DNA from: a virus
Taxonomy: Duplodnaviria; Caudoviricetes
Virus record (IMG/VR): IMGVR_UViG_3300044724_004857
Location: 1 to 34,834 of that record
DNA: 34,834 nucleotides
Strand: one strand, 5' to 3'
Shown here: piece after piece, positions 1 through 9,947 of the stretch
How the letters are laid out: every line of letters begins with the position of its first letter
Position numbering within the stretch: the first letter of the stretch is position 1
Position numbers and translations under genes: made by a program
The notes under the pieces: generated by a model
Databases searched by the model: none
What the model was told of the DNA's origin: nothing
The model's input: the letters and a program-made list of their open reading frames with translations, nothing else

Positions 1-3000
1 GAATATACTTCAATTGATGTTTCTAGAACTGTTGGAGTAGGGTCTACAAGTAGACTTTACTTATATAATCAAAACAATCCAGACATTAGACCCGAATCCA
101 GAATCCAGGGATATAGAGTTGGTTCCAAGAGTGATGATAGACTTTATGTTTTAATTCCTGATGGTGTAACTACTGAGGCATACAATGCAAGAATTGTGAT
201 GCCGGAGACTCATATTGGTTCAAGTAATGTAACCAGTGTGAAGGTCTCAAGAGTCGGTAGATCTGTAGGAACAGGTAATAGCATTGCAAGTAATATACTT
301 ACATTTACCGAAGATCATAGTTTTCAGAATGGTGAATCTATTAGAGTTGTGAGTGATAATTCAAGACTTCCTGATGGTCTTGAAAATAGTTATGTTTACT
401 ATGCGATCACAACTGGTCTGAATGATGATCAAATTAAGATTGCACAAACTACAAAAGATGCTGAGTTTGGAACAGAGTTAGTTCTCAACAATCTTGGTGG
501 TAATCTGAGTGTTCAGAGTAGAGTTAGTGATAAGAATTCTGGCGATATTGGACATCCAATTCAGTTTGACTCTGATGTAAACCAATGGTATATAACTGTT
601 GGAACTGCAACATCCGATAACACACTGTATTCTAAACTGGTAAGTCTTGGAACTACCACTCTTGGTGATTCAACTTCTAGAACATACATTACAAGAACAC
701 CTGATACCAGATCATCTGACGATAGGATTTATCAGTATAGATATATACTTCCTGCTTCTTCAGGTGTTGGAACTGCTAGAGTTCCTAAAGATAGTTTCAT
801 TGTTCAAGAATCCAATCGTGTCAATGGACAAACAGATACTGAAGTAGGACTTCAGTACAATCCAGGATCTGTTACTATGAGTAACAGTGGCCAACTCCGA
901 AATCCATCTTACATCACCAAGGCAAAGTATAATGGTGGAATTGCATTCTATGAGACAGAAAGAAATCATCGTCTATCTATTGGTTCCACTATTGAAGTCA
1001 ATAATGTAACCAGTACAAACTTTACTGTTGGTACAGCACAATCTGGTTATAACGGTAAATTCAGAGTTATTGGTATTCAAAGTGCCAGATCATTCTCTGT
1101 AGAGGGTGTATCTACTGATCCTGGAACTTTCACCAACAATGTTTCTAGTAGAACTACAAGTCTTCCTACTTTCAAACGTAAGAACTTTAATAATGATTAT
1201 TTTGTCTATGACGTTCAACAGGTTAAGGAGTATGTTCCTGGACAACAGGATGGTGTTTATTATCTGAATATTCTTAATACATCAAATACACCTCAAGTAT
1301 CACCATTTGATAACTCACAGGAGTATAGTTTCAGACAACCTATTATCAATCTTTATCCACAAGTTGATAGAGATAATCCAATATCAGATCCAAGTCCCTC
1401 TATAACTTATGCACTCCCTGATAAGATTGGTAAGACCGTTATCAGTGAACCAAAAAATAGTACTACCAAAGAAACACTTGATAAGATTAATAATGAAAAC
1501 AATTTGGGTGTTGGTATCACTGATATTCAATCTGCGGCTGATGGTTCAAACATTGTTATCTTTACTGACCGTGACCATGGACTACAACAAGTTACTAGAG
1601 TAAGTGTTGGTGCCGGTGGTTCTGGATATGGTAATGGTAGTGGTGGAACAGAAAACCTCTACAATGCAATTCTTTCTGGTTCAAGTTCCGGTACTGGTGG
1701 TCTAGCAAGAATTACCGTTGATGCATCTGGTAGTATTACTAATGTTCATATTATGAATGGCGGTAGTGGTTATGTTCTATCAGAAACACTGAATGTTGTC
1801 GGAACTTCTCAAACCACAGGTTATAGTCAAGGTTCGGTTACTGTTGATAAGGTTTATAATAATCTCAACGATACTATTCAAATTTCTGGTGTCGTATCTG
1901 ATGATTATGTGCAATATAATCAACTCTATAGAATTTCTGAAATCATCAGTAATAACTCTATTAGAGCAATACCTGTCGATACTATTACATCTGGTATCAA
2001 TACCACTGGTATTGGTTCTATTACAACTACAGACGCACTATTCAGTCTTACAGGTCCAACTCTTGGTATCAGTACATTTGTGTATGATAATGTCAGTGGT
2101 CTGGCAACAGTCACCACAAACCAAGGTCATGGTCTGAGAGTTAATAACACTGTTAGAATTGGTGGAGCTACCACAGACTTCTTTAATAAAGATTTCCTTG
2201 TTACTGATAACGTAGGTATCAATACGTTTACAATCAATGTGGGTGTCAATACAGTTAATCCAGGAACTGGTGGAACTATTCGTGCATACTATCCTGGTAA
2301 CACCTCTCAAGGTGGAACACTTCTATCAGGTTCTGATGAGAACTTTGGGGGAAGAGATATTACCCCCTATATTGGTATCACTACTGTTATTTCTTCGGTC
2401 GTCGCTAATGCAACAACAGATGAAGTCAATATCGAAAATCTTACAGATTTTAATCTTCAGATAGGTGATTATCTGAAGATTGATGATGAAATTGTGAGAA
2501 TTAAGACAACTGTAACTTCTAACCCTGTTAAGGTGTTCAGAGGTATGATGGGTACAAGACCCACTAGTCATCTAGATGAGAGTGTAATCAAGAAGGTTTC
2601 TGTCTCACCTGTTGAATTTAGAAGAAACTCAATTATCCGTGCATCCGGTCATACATTTGAATATCTTGGTTATGGTCCTGGCAATTACTCTACTTCACTA
2701 CCTGTCAAACAGAAGAAACAACTTTCTGTTGATGAACAGTTAACTGCACAGTCACAAACTACCTCTGGAGGTGTTGTTGTCTATACCGGTATGAACGATG
2801 CTGGTGACTTCTTTATTGGTAACAAGAGAATTTCCTCCAATACTGGTAAAGAAATTGTTTATGATACTCCGATTCAAACCTATACTGGTGAAGACTTTGT
2901 TAATGGTGAGAATGCATCATTTGGTATCGATGTTCTTGAGACACAAGAGGTCATTGCTTCTAGAGCACTGAGAGTTAATGGTGGTCCTTCAAATAATATT

Positions 3001-4365
3001 CTTTCAGAATTTGATGGTCCAGTTGTATTCAATCAAAAACTGACATCTACCTCGGATAAAGGTATTGAGGCAAACTCAATATTCCTTCAAGGTGATGCAG
3101 TTGTTTCTAGAAACTATACTGTTGGTATCACAACTCCCACAGACGCAGGTAATCCCGGTGACGTAGTTTATAATGCAAATCCAACTAAAGGTGGAACAAT
3201 TGGTTGGACTTATACTATAGAAAATGGTTGGTATGAATTTGGTAGTGTTACCTCTGAAGGGGGTGAGTTTATCTTTGAAAAAGTTGGTATTGGAACAACA
3301 ACTGCAGGAGATTGTACTTTTAAGGTTGGTTCTGGTTCTTCAATGTTCTGTGTTGATGAAACTGGAGTTGGCATTGGAACTACTTCTAGTGGTTATAGTC
3401 TAAGTGTTGAGGGTAATGTCAATGCAAACTTCTATTATGGGGACGGTTCAAACCTTTCAAACCTGTCATCCGATAGTCTTTGGAGTAATACTGGTACCGC
3501 AGGAACTTCAATATGGTATGATAAGAATGTTGGTATTGGTACAACAGTAGTTAATACTGACTATACATTATGGCTTGGTACTCCTGGTACAGGAAAGACT
3601 GATCTATATGTCAATAATCAGTCTAGATTTATCTCTACTGCCACATTTGAGGGTAATGTTAATTTTGATGGACAAGTAAACATACAAAATCTGGTGTCTA
3701 ATGGTGGTAATGTTCTTGCAGGATTCATTACAACCACAGACGCTTTGAGAGTCGGAACAAGTAACACTACATTCTCTGCGGTAACTAGTCAGGGTGTTGG
3801 TATTGGAACCTCAGCTCCTAGAGAAAATCTGGACATTGAAGGTAGGACAAGATTTAAGTCATATTATGAGATAACTCAACAACTTACTTCTGTAAGTAAT
3901 ATTGTTACTATTGACTTGTCTCATGGTAATTCTTTTACACATACTACTACAGAAAATGTTGGCTCATTTAAAATTATCAATCCTCCAACGGGTGGTACAT
4001 TTGCATTCACACTGAAAATCTCACAAGGTGCTACACCTAGGTCAGTTGGTATTTCTACATTTACTAATAGTATTGGTAATGCCGTTGCTGTCTATTGGCC
4101 TGGTGGATTGATACCTGAAGTTACTGGAGTTGGAACTGCTACAGATGTTTATTCCTATATGAGTTTTGATGGAGGTACTTCATTGTTTGGTGGAGTTATT
4201 GGACAGAACTTCATTACCGGTATTGGTGGAACTACTCCATTCAATGGTTGGACATATGATTCCAACTCTAAGACTGTCACCATCTATGATAATCTTACTA
4301 CAATTGGTGAAGTCTCTGCAGGTGCCACCATCACCTCCAGTAGTGACATTAACTCTGGCACCTAA
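1..4365 (+). CDS. Large virion structural / tail fibre-baseplate protein, 5'-partial
   Basis: Frame 1 is open from base 1 (EYTSIDVSRT...), so the gene starts upstream of the window. Gly/Ser/Thr-rich, with repeated T-x3-H-G/x-L modules, several VGIGTT motifs and a C-terminal IDLSHGNSF...YWPGG...DVYSY...GQNF module typical of cyanomyovirus fibres. Confidence 0.8.
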   Translation, partial: EYTSIDVSRTVGVGSTSRLYLYNQNNPDIRPESRIQGYRVGSKSDDRLYVLIPDGVTTEAYNARIVMPETHIGSSNVTSVKVSRVGRSVGTGNSIASNILTFTEDHSFQNGESIRVVSDNSRLPDGLENSYVYYAITTGLNDDQIKIAQTTKDAEFGTELVLNNLGGNLSVQSRVSDKNSGDIGHPIQFDSDVNQWYITVGTATSDNTLYSKLVSLGTTTLGDSTSRTYITRTPDTRSSDDRIYQYRYILPASSGVGTARVPKDSFIVQESNRVNGQTDTEVGLQYNPGSVTMSNSGQLRNPSYITKAKYNGGIAFYETERNHRLSIGSTIEVNNVTSTNFTVGTAQSGYNGKFRVIGIQSARSFSVEGVSTDPGTFTNNVSSRTTSLPTFKRKNFNNDYFVYDVQQVKEYVPGQQDGVYYLNILNTSNTPQVSPFDNSQEYSFRQPIINLYPQVDRDNPISDPSPSITYALPDKIGKTVISEPKNSTTKETLDKINNENNLGVGITDIQSAADGSNIVIFTDRDHGLQQVTRVSVGAGGSGYGNGSGGTENLYNAILSGSSSGTGGLARITVDASGSITNVHIMNGGSGYVLSETLNVVGTSQTTGYSQGSVTVDKVYNNLNDTIQISGVVSDDYVQYNQLYRISEIISNNSIRAIPVDTITSGINTTGIGSITTTDALFSLTGPTLGISTFVYDNVSGLATVTTNQGHGLRVNNTVRIGGATTDFFNKDFLVTDNVGINTFTINVGVNTVNPGTGGTIRAYYPGNTSQGGTLLSGSDENFGGRDITPYIGITTVISSVVANATTDEVNIENLTDFNLQIGDYLKIDDEIVRIKTTVTSNPVKVFRGMMGTRPTSHLDESVIKKVSVSPVEFRRNSIIRASGHTFEYLGYGPGNYSTSLPVKQKKQLSVDEQLTAQSQTTSGGVVVYTGMNDAGDFFIGNKRISSNTGKEIVYDTPIQTYTGEDFVNGENASFGIDVLETQEVIASRALRVNGGPSNNILSEFDGPVVFNQKLTSTSDKGIEANSIFLQGDAVVSRNYTVGITTPTDAGNPGDVVYNANPTKGGTIGWTYTIENGWYEFGSVTSEGGEFIFEKVGIGTTTAGDCTFKVGSGSSMFCVDETGVGIGTTSSGYSLSVEGNVNANFYYGDGSNLSNLSSDSLWSNTGTAGTSIWYDKNVGIGTTVVNTDYTLWLGTPGTGKTDLYVNNQSRFISTATFEGNVNFDGQVNIQNLVSNGGNVLAGFITTTDALRVGTSNTTFSAVTSQGVGIGTSAPRENLDIEGRTRFKSYYEITQQLTSVSNIVTIDLSHGNSFTHTTTENVGSFKIINPPTGGTFAFTLKISQGATPRSVGISTFTNSIGNAVAVYWPGGLIPEVTGVGTATDVYSYMSFDGGTSLFGGVIGQNFITGIGGTTPFNGWTYDSNSKTVTIYDNLTTIGEVSAGATITSSSDINSGT

Positions 4366-4368
4366 ATA
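4362..4368 (+). promoter_or_regulatory. Possible T4-like late promoter variant (CTAAATA)
   Basis: CTAAATA lies 23 nt upstream of ATG 4392 and overlaps the upstream stop codon. Confidence 0.45.
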
Positions 4369-4391
4369 TCAATGTAGGAAAGTAGAAACTA

Positions 4392-5993
4392 ATGATACCA
4401 TTCGGTCTTAGGGCATTTAGAACACCGCCTACAGAGTTGTATTTGAATGGCCCTGAGTTAGAAATACTAACTCAACCACAAAATACAATATCCTCTGTAG
4501 GTGGTACATCTACTTTTACATCATCTGTTAGAGCTTTTTTCAAAAATAACCAAGAAAGTCCAGTAGCTGATGGTGCAATTTTGTATCAATGGTTTGATCA
4601 AAATGGTCCATTGATTGATGGAACCAAAATTAGTGGTTCTAAATCAAATACACTTACTATCAGTAATGTACAATCTCCAAATGATAATAGGTCTCTTTAC
4701 TTAAGAGCAACTTATATCCCTGGTGGATATGATAATAAGAAGGAGGATTACTTTTTTGAGACTAAAACTTCAGGTAGTGCGAATAATAGTCCGATACTTA
4801 CAAATAATGTCTCACTGACTATTATACCTACAATTACAATTACAACTCAACCTGAATCACAAACTGTGGGTTTGGGTCAGGATTTAACTTTCACAGCAGC
4901 TGCTTCTACTTCAGACCCATCAATACCTCTTAATTACTATTGGACTATTGACGGTACAATTCAATCTAATTCAAATTCAACTTCTTTCACAGTTACAACA
5001 TCAACTATTGGAACACAGAAAATTCAGTTCCATACATTTGTGACTATTGATGGTACTCAATATGTCACTTCCTCAAATGAAGCAGACATTATTACAGTAA
5101 CACCAAGAGCTCTTGTTAAGTTTGAGGCATTTGATACTACTAATAATTCGATATCGACTCAGGAAGCACTTCTTGATGGAGGACAATATACATTATCAGA
5201 TTCCGTATTTCCCAACAATTTCAATGTTGTGACTTTTTATGCAAAAGAAAAAGATCTTAAATTGAATTTGCAACTTAATGCTTCAAAGGGACTTGATAGT
5301 TCAACTAATTCTGGTGGTGAAGGAGGAACTTCTACAATTATAATTGATGTAGAACAAAATGTAGAGTACACATTATTAGGAGTTACCAATAACTCAGCAA
5401 TATTTCTTTATAAAGGATCTCAACTTTTTACTGTCGTAGGTCAAGGCGGCGCCGCTGGTATCAGCGATGGAGGTGATGGTGGAGGAATCGGACTTTCTGG
5501 GACAGATGGCGTAGGAACTGGAGGTGGTTCTGGTGGTCAGGTACCTACAATTTCATTAGATGGTATATATGGTTCAATTATTCAAAGTACAACATTACAA
5601 TCTGGAGACAGTATTGCATCAGTTCCTGATGGTGGAAGAACTATTTCATGTACTAAAGGTCAATATTGGCTTGATCAGGGTGTTTCACCATGTTCTGATA
5701 ACGATACTTCGCCAATTAAATTCAGATCATCTGATGGAACAGAAATTTCTGGAAGTGATGAGATAATTAGAGGATTCAAACCAGGATACACTATCACCAC
5801 AACTGCTGGTGCAAAAGGTTCATCTAACGGTGGTAATGGAGGTAATGGTGCCGAAGGTGGTCAAGGTGGAACCACTGGAGGTGGTGGAGGAGGAAGTGGA
5901 TATACTGATGGTTCAGTTACTCTTGTTTCTTCAACTTCTGGTGGAAACAATACTAATAAGTCAAGTGTATTGTTCTCAGTTGTATTGATATAA
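4392..5993 (+). CDS. Tail fibre-like protein with Ig-like domains and Gly-rich C-terminus
   Basis: Two Ig-like motifs (ILTQPQN...YQW...NTLTIS and ITTQPESQTV...YYW) followed by GGxGG-rich repeats; lies between fibre genes. Confidence 0.7.
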   Translation: MIPFGLRAFRTPPTELYLNGPELEILTQPQNTISSVGGTSTFTSSVRAFFKNNQESPVADGAILYQWFDQNGPLIDGTKISGSKSNTLTISNVQSPNDNRSLYLRATYIPGGYDNKKEDYFFETKTSGSANNSPILTNNVSLTIIPTITITTQPESQTVGLGQDLTFTAAASTSDPSIPLNYYWTIDGTIQSNSNSTSFTVTTSTIGTQKIQFHTFVTIDGTQYVTSSNEADIITVTPRALVKFEAFDTTNNSISTQEALLDGGQYTLSDSVFPNNFNVVTFYAKEKDLKLNLQLNASKGLDSSTNSGGEGGTSTIIIDVEQNVEYTLLGVTNNSAIFLYKGSQLFTVVGQGGAAGISDGGDGGGIGLSGTDGVGTGGGSGGQVPTISLDGIYGSIIQSTTLQSGDSIASVPDGGRTISCTKGQYWLDQGVSPCSDNDTSPIKFRSSDGTEISGSDEIIRGFKPGYTITTTAGAKGSSNGGNGGNGAEGGQGGTTGGGGGGSGYTDGSVTLVSSTSGGNNTNKSSVLFSVVLI

Positions 5994-5996
5994 ATA
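5989..5996 (+). promoter_or_regulatory. T4-type late promoter TATAAATA
   Basis: Exact T4 gp55 late consensus 40 nt upstream of ATG 6037. Confidence 0.75.
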
Positions 5997-6036
5997 TAAA
6001 AAACTACGGGGTGGATAGTGAAACCCTACAATAACC

Positions 6037-8094
6037 ATGTCTCTAAGTAAGAACTTTGTAGTCAAGAACGGTGTAGAGGTTTCAACAAACCTTATCTACG
6101 CCGAAAGTAGTATTGATAAAGTTGGCATTGGAACCACTACTCCTAATGCTAAACTTGACGTTATTGGAAATATTGTTGGTGTGGGTCTGACCCTATCAGG
6201 GTCAACTACTGGAACCAATGCAAATTATTCGGGGATCGTTACTTCTAGCACTGGTCTGGATGTTGGTTCAGGTGGAACTTCGATTACTGTTGACATAACC
6301 AACAACAGTACTGGATTTAACTCTACAACACCTGATACCAACTACGTTTTAGATATTCAACCAGGTGCTGGTCAGTCAGCAGCTACTTTTGGTGCCGGTG
6401 TTGATATTGGTGGGTCAACTTATATTGATGGCGATCTTACTGTAAGTGGTGCAATTGATGGTAGTTTCACAGTAAATTTAGATAATCCAGTTATCGCTGG
6501 TGTTGTTACTGCAAATAATGCAGAAATCTTCACACAGTTTGATATTATCAATAATAGTAATATTGCATATCAATATCAATCAACTGGAATTGGTTTCACA
6601 CAAAATACAGACAATCCAGTACTTGTCATTAATAGAGGGCAAAAATATCACTTTAATTTGAATGCTTCTGGACATCCATTTTATATTAAAACTGACAATA
6701 CTACAGGAGCAGGTGATCAATACACGGCGGGTGTTACAAATAACGGTGCTCAGGTAGGTGTTGTCACCTTCTATGTTCCATATAACGCTCCTAAAGAACT
6801 TTATTATCAATGTGGTGCTCACTCTGGTATGGGCAACACCATGTATGTGTTGAAAGATCCACCAGTTGGTTTGACCACCACCGCTCCACTTGCTATTGCC
6901 GATCTATATGTCACGGGCATTTCTACGATTATCGGTAATGCAGAATTTCAATCAAATATTATTCTTGGTGATAATGATGAGATCCAACTTGGTACAGGAA
7001 CAGATTTACAGATTTATCATAATGGAACTAATTCATTTATAGAAAATAGCACAGGTTCTCTTTACATTAGAGACACGAGCGGTGGTGATATTCGCATTCA
7101 AGGAAAATCTGGAGAAGATAGTATCATTGCTAATGATGATGGATCAGTAGATCTTTATTATGACAACTCCAAAAAGTTTGAAACTACTAATACTGGTGCA
7201 ATAGTCACAGGAATCCTGACTGCAACAACCTTTAGTGGTTCATTCAGTGGTTCAGGTGCATTACTGACTAGTATTCCTAATGGAGCACTAGATAACTCCA
7301 CCATCTCTGGTATTTCTCTTGGTTCTAACCTAGCAACACTGACTAGAGGAACTTATCTAACTGGTTCTGACTACAATGGTTCTACTGCTCGAACCTGGGC
7401 AGTTGATGCCACATCAGCAAACACCGCATCTAAAGTTGTTGCTCGTGATGGTAGTGGTAACTTCTCTGCAGGAACCATTACAGCAACACTAAGTGGTAAT
7501 GCCACAAGTGCAACAAGTGCAACAAGTGCAACTAACGCGGCTAATGCTGCACTACTTGATAGTATTGACTCTAGTCAGTTCTTAAGGTCTGACACGGCAG
7601 ATCAAAAAACCAGTGGAACTTTAAGGTTCAATGATAACGTATTTGCCACTTTTGGTACTGGTGATGATGTTGAGTTCTTTTACGATGGTTCTAATATGTA
7701 TACCGACCTGGTTGCAGGTGACTGGTTCATCCGTGATGGTTCAACTACACGTTTCACTTTTGATGATGCCGGACATTTTACAGCAACTGGTGACATCAAC
7801 TCTAGTTCTGATATTAGACTGAAAGATAATATTCAAACACTAGAAGGTTCATTAGATAAAGTGAACCAACTTCGTGGCGTTGAGTATGATAGAATTGATA
7901 TGAGAATGAAAGGTGAGGAGAAGTATCATCAACTTGGTGTAATTGCACAAGAGATTGAAAAAGTTTATCCTGATATGGTCAATGAGGATGTAGATGGAAT
8001 GAAGACAGTATCTTATCAACAATTGATCCCTGTCCTCATTGAAGCTGTGAAGGAACTTTCTACAAGAGTAGAGGAATTAGAGAATGATAAATAA
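6037..8094 (+). CDS. Tail fibre protein with C-terminal peptidase S74 intramolecular chaperone
   Basis: VGIGTTTP motif at the N-terminus. SSDIRLKDNI autocleavage motif and GVIAQEIEKVYP...LIEAVKELSTRVEELE coiled coil at the C-terminus. Internal GHPF...YYQCGAHSGM module. Confidence 0.85.
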   Translation: MSLSKNFVVKNGVEVSTNLIYAESSIDKVGIGTTTPNAKLDVIGNIVGVGLTLSGSTTGTNANYSGIVTSSTGLDVGSGGTSITVDITNNSTGFNSTTPDTNYVLDIQPGAGQSAATFGAGVDIGGSTYIDGDLTVSGAIDGSFTVNLDNPVIAGVVTANNAEIFTQFDIINNSNIAYQYQSTGIGFTQNTDNPVLVINRGQKYHFNLNASGHPFYIKTDNTTGAGDQYTAGVTNNGAQVGVVTFYVPYNAPKELYYQCGAHSGMGNTMYVLKDPPVGLTTTAPLAIADLYVTGISTIIGNAEFQSNIILGDNDEIQLGTGTDLQIYHNGTNSFIENSTGSLYIRDTSGGDIRIQGKSGEDSIIANDDGSVDLYYDNSKKFETTNTGAIVTGILTATTFSGSFSGSGALLTSIPNGALDNSTISGISLGSNLATLTRGTYLTGSDYNGSTARTWAVDATSANTASKVVARDGSGNFSAGTITATLSGNATSATSATSATNAANAALLDSIDSSQFLRSDTADQKTSGTLRFNDNVFATFGTGDDVEFFYDGSNMYTDLVAGDWFIRDGSTTRFTFDDAGHFTATGDINSSSDIRLKDNIQTLEGSLDKVNQLRGVEYDRIDMRMKGEEKYHQLGVIAQEIEKVYPDMVNEDVDGMKTVSYQQLIPVLIEAVKELSTRVEELENDK
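7501..7533 (+). repeat. Short in-frame 9-bp tandem repeat (GCMACAAGT), encoding ATSATSATSAT
   Basis: gccacaagt gcaacaagt gcaacaagt gcaact. Confidence 0.7.
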
Positions 8095-8156
8095 TAATAG
8101 CATAAAATACCGAGTGGAGACACGAAGATGGTAGAATACAACTTTTCATTGATATG
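8071..8156 (+). repeat. 86-bp direct repeat, copy 1 (end of fibre gene + late promoter GATAAATA + leader)
   Basis: 82/86 identical to 9221-9306. Confidence 0.95.
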
Positions 8157-8585
8157 AAAGATTCCGACATTAACTGGTCAGGTTGTAATGTAGGATGTAC
8201 CGTCAGAGGTGGTGGTAATGTGATCTATAAAAGTGGTGGTATCATCTGGATTGTAGCACCATCAGGATCAGAAGCATTCCCTGGCGGAGCATGTACTGCA
8301 TGGCCTATGGGCTACTGTAGTGGTGACCAAGGAGCTAGTCCAAAAGCAGCAACAAGAATCACTGGTCGTGATGGTTGGTTTATTCCTGATCTAGGAATGC
8401 TTCAAACTGCTTATGCATGTAGAACTTATTGGGATACTTATTCCTCAGGTCTCTATTGGAGTTCCACAGAGTACACTAACTCCGTTTTCAGGGCCATGGT
8501 CACCACGTTCGCTAATGGCACATCGTACTCCTCCACCAAGAACAGCCGCAGATTTCAGCGTCCTTTTCGGATCATATGTTATTAA
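8154..8585 (+). CDS. N-terminally truncated CLec/DUF1566-like paralog 1 (possible silent cassette or pseudogene)
   Basis: Same GWFIPDLGML...YWSSTE...FANG...RP.R domain as its three neighbours, but lacks the MAIQISG N-terminal ~61 aa and the RBS. Confidence 0.7.
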   Translation: MKDSDINWSGCNVGCTVRGGGNVIYKSGGIIWIVAPSGSEAFPGGACTAWPMGYCSGDQGASPKAATRITGRDGWFIPDLGMLQTAYACRTYWDTYSSGLYWSSTEYTNSVFRAMVTTFANGTSYSSTKNSRRFQRPFRIICY

Positions 8586-8620
8586 ATTTTGTACTTTTAA
8601 CCAAGCAGAGGAAAAGATAA

Positions 8621-9211
8621 ATGGCTATTCAGATTTCAGGAACCACTGTTATTGACAATAGTAGGAATTTTAGTTCTATTGAATCCATTAGTGGAAATGG
8701 TGTTGCAACTCAGGCAGAGGCAGAGGCAGGTACAAATAATGATCAAATAATGACTCCTTTGAGAGTTAAACAAGCTATCGAAGCGACAAGTGGTGGTGGT
8801 GGAGTAGACGACGACATTAACTGGTCAGGTTGTAATGTAGGATGTACCGTCAGAGGTGGTGGTAATGTGATCTATAAAAGTGGTGGTATCATCTGGATTG
8901 TAGCACCTTCTAGTTCACAAGATGGTTCCACATGGCCCTTAGGTTATTGTAATGGTAGTGGTGGTGCCAGTCCAAACCAAGCACAAAGAATCACTGGTCG
9001 TAGTGGTTGGTTTATTCCTGATCTAGGAATGCTTCAAACTTCTTACAATTGTAGAGCTTATTGGGATACTTATTGCGGGTGCGTCTACTGGAGTTCCACT
9101 GGGTGCTATTCCATCAGTGCACATAATCTTTGCTTCGCTAATGGGACCTATAGCAACCGCCAAACCAATGGGGGGGGGTGTGTTCGCACGATGAGGGTCA
9201 TATGCTATTGA
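8621..9211 (+). CDS. Putative receptor-binding/tail tip protein with DUF1566/CLec-like C-terminal domain, paralog 2
   Basis: MAIQISGTTVID N-terminus, ATQAEAEAGT...MTPLRV fibre repeat, Cys-rich domain with YWSST motif; GAGG RBS. Confidence 0.75.
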   Translation: MAIQISGTTVIDNSRNFSSIESISGNGVATQAEAEAGTNNDQIMTPLRVKQAIEATSGGGGVDDDINWSGCNVGCTVRGGGNVIYKSGGIIWIVAPSSSQDGSTWPLGYCNGSGGASPNQAQRITGRSGWFIPDLGMLQTSYNCRAYWDTYCGCVYWSSTGCYSISAHNLCFANGTYSNRQTNGGGCVRTMRVICY

Positions 9212-9220
9212 ATTTTATAT

Positions 9221-9306
9221 GAGGAATTAGAGAATAATAAATAATAACAGAATAAAGTACCGAGTGGAGACACGAAGATGGTAGAATACAACTTTTCATT
9301 GATATG
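9221..9306 (+). repeat. 86-bp direct repeat, copy 2
   Basis: 82/86 identical to 8071-8156; includes an orphan copy of the last codons of the 6037-8094 gene and AATAAATA. Confidence 0.95.
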
Positions 9307-9318
9307 GGAGGGTGAATA

Positions 9319-9912
9319 ATGGCTATTCAGATCTCAGGAACCACTGTTATTGACCAGAGTAGAAATATTACTAACTTTGAATCTATTTCTGGAAATGGTA
9401 TTGCAACTCAGGCAGAGGCGGAAGCAGGTACAAGTGACAATCAAATAATGACTCCATTAAGGGTCGTACAAGCAATCTCCGCACTCTCCTCTGGTGGTGG
9501 CAAAGACTCTGACATTACATGGTCAGGTTGTAATGTAGGATGTGCCGTTAGAGGTGGTGGTAATGTGATCCGTAAAACCGGTGGGATTATTTGGATTGTA
9601 GCACCATCATCGACACAAGTGAATTCGACCTGGCCTATGGGTTATTGTAATGGTGAGGGTGGTTCGGGCCCGAACCATGGCCAAAGACTTACTGGTCGTT
9701 CTGGATGGTTTCTTCCTGATCAAGGAATGCTCCAAACTGCTTATAGTTGTAGAACTTATTGGGACAGTTATTCCTCAGCCCGATATTGGAGTTCCACGGA
9801 GTGCAATTCAACCGGTGGCGTCTTCGTGCACTTCAGTAATGGAACTGTAGGCAACGTCTCCAAGGGCAACAACACCCAATGTGCTCGCACGATTCGAGTC
9901 ATATGCTATTAA
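9319..9912 (+). CDS. DUF1566/CLec-like tail protein, paralog 3
   Basis: Same architecture as 8621-9211; GGAGGG RBS at 9307. Confidence 0.75.
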   Translation: MAIQISGTTVIDQSRNITNFESISGNGIATQAEAEAGTSDNQIMTPLRVVQAISALSSGGGKDSDITWSGCNVGCAVRGGGNVIRKTGGIIWIVAPSSTQVNSTWPMGYCNGEGGSGPNHGQRLTGRSGWFLPDQGMLQTAYSCRTYWDSYSSARYWSSTECNSTGGVFVHFSNGTVGNVSKGNNTQCARTIRVICY

Positions 9913-9947
9913 ATTTTGTACTTTTAATCATACGGAGAAAGAGGTAG

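Noticed and set aside
196-198. GTG 196 as start of the first gene
   Set aside because: The frame is open from base 1, so the gene is 5'-truncated by the window.
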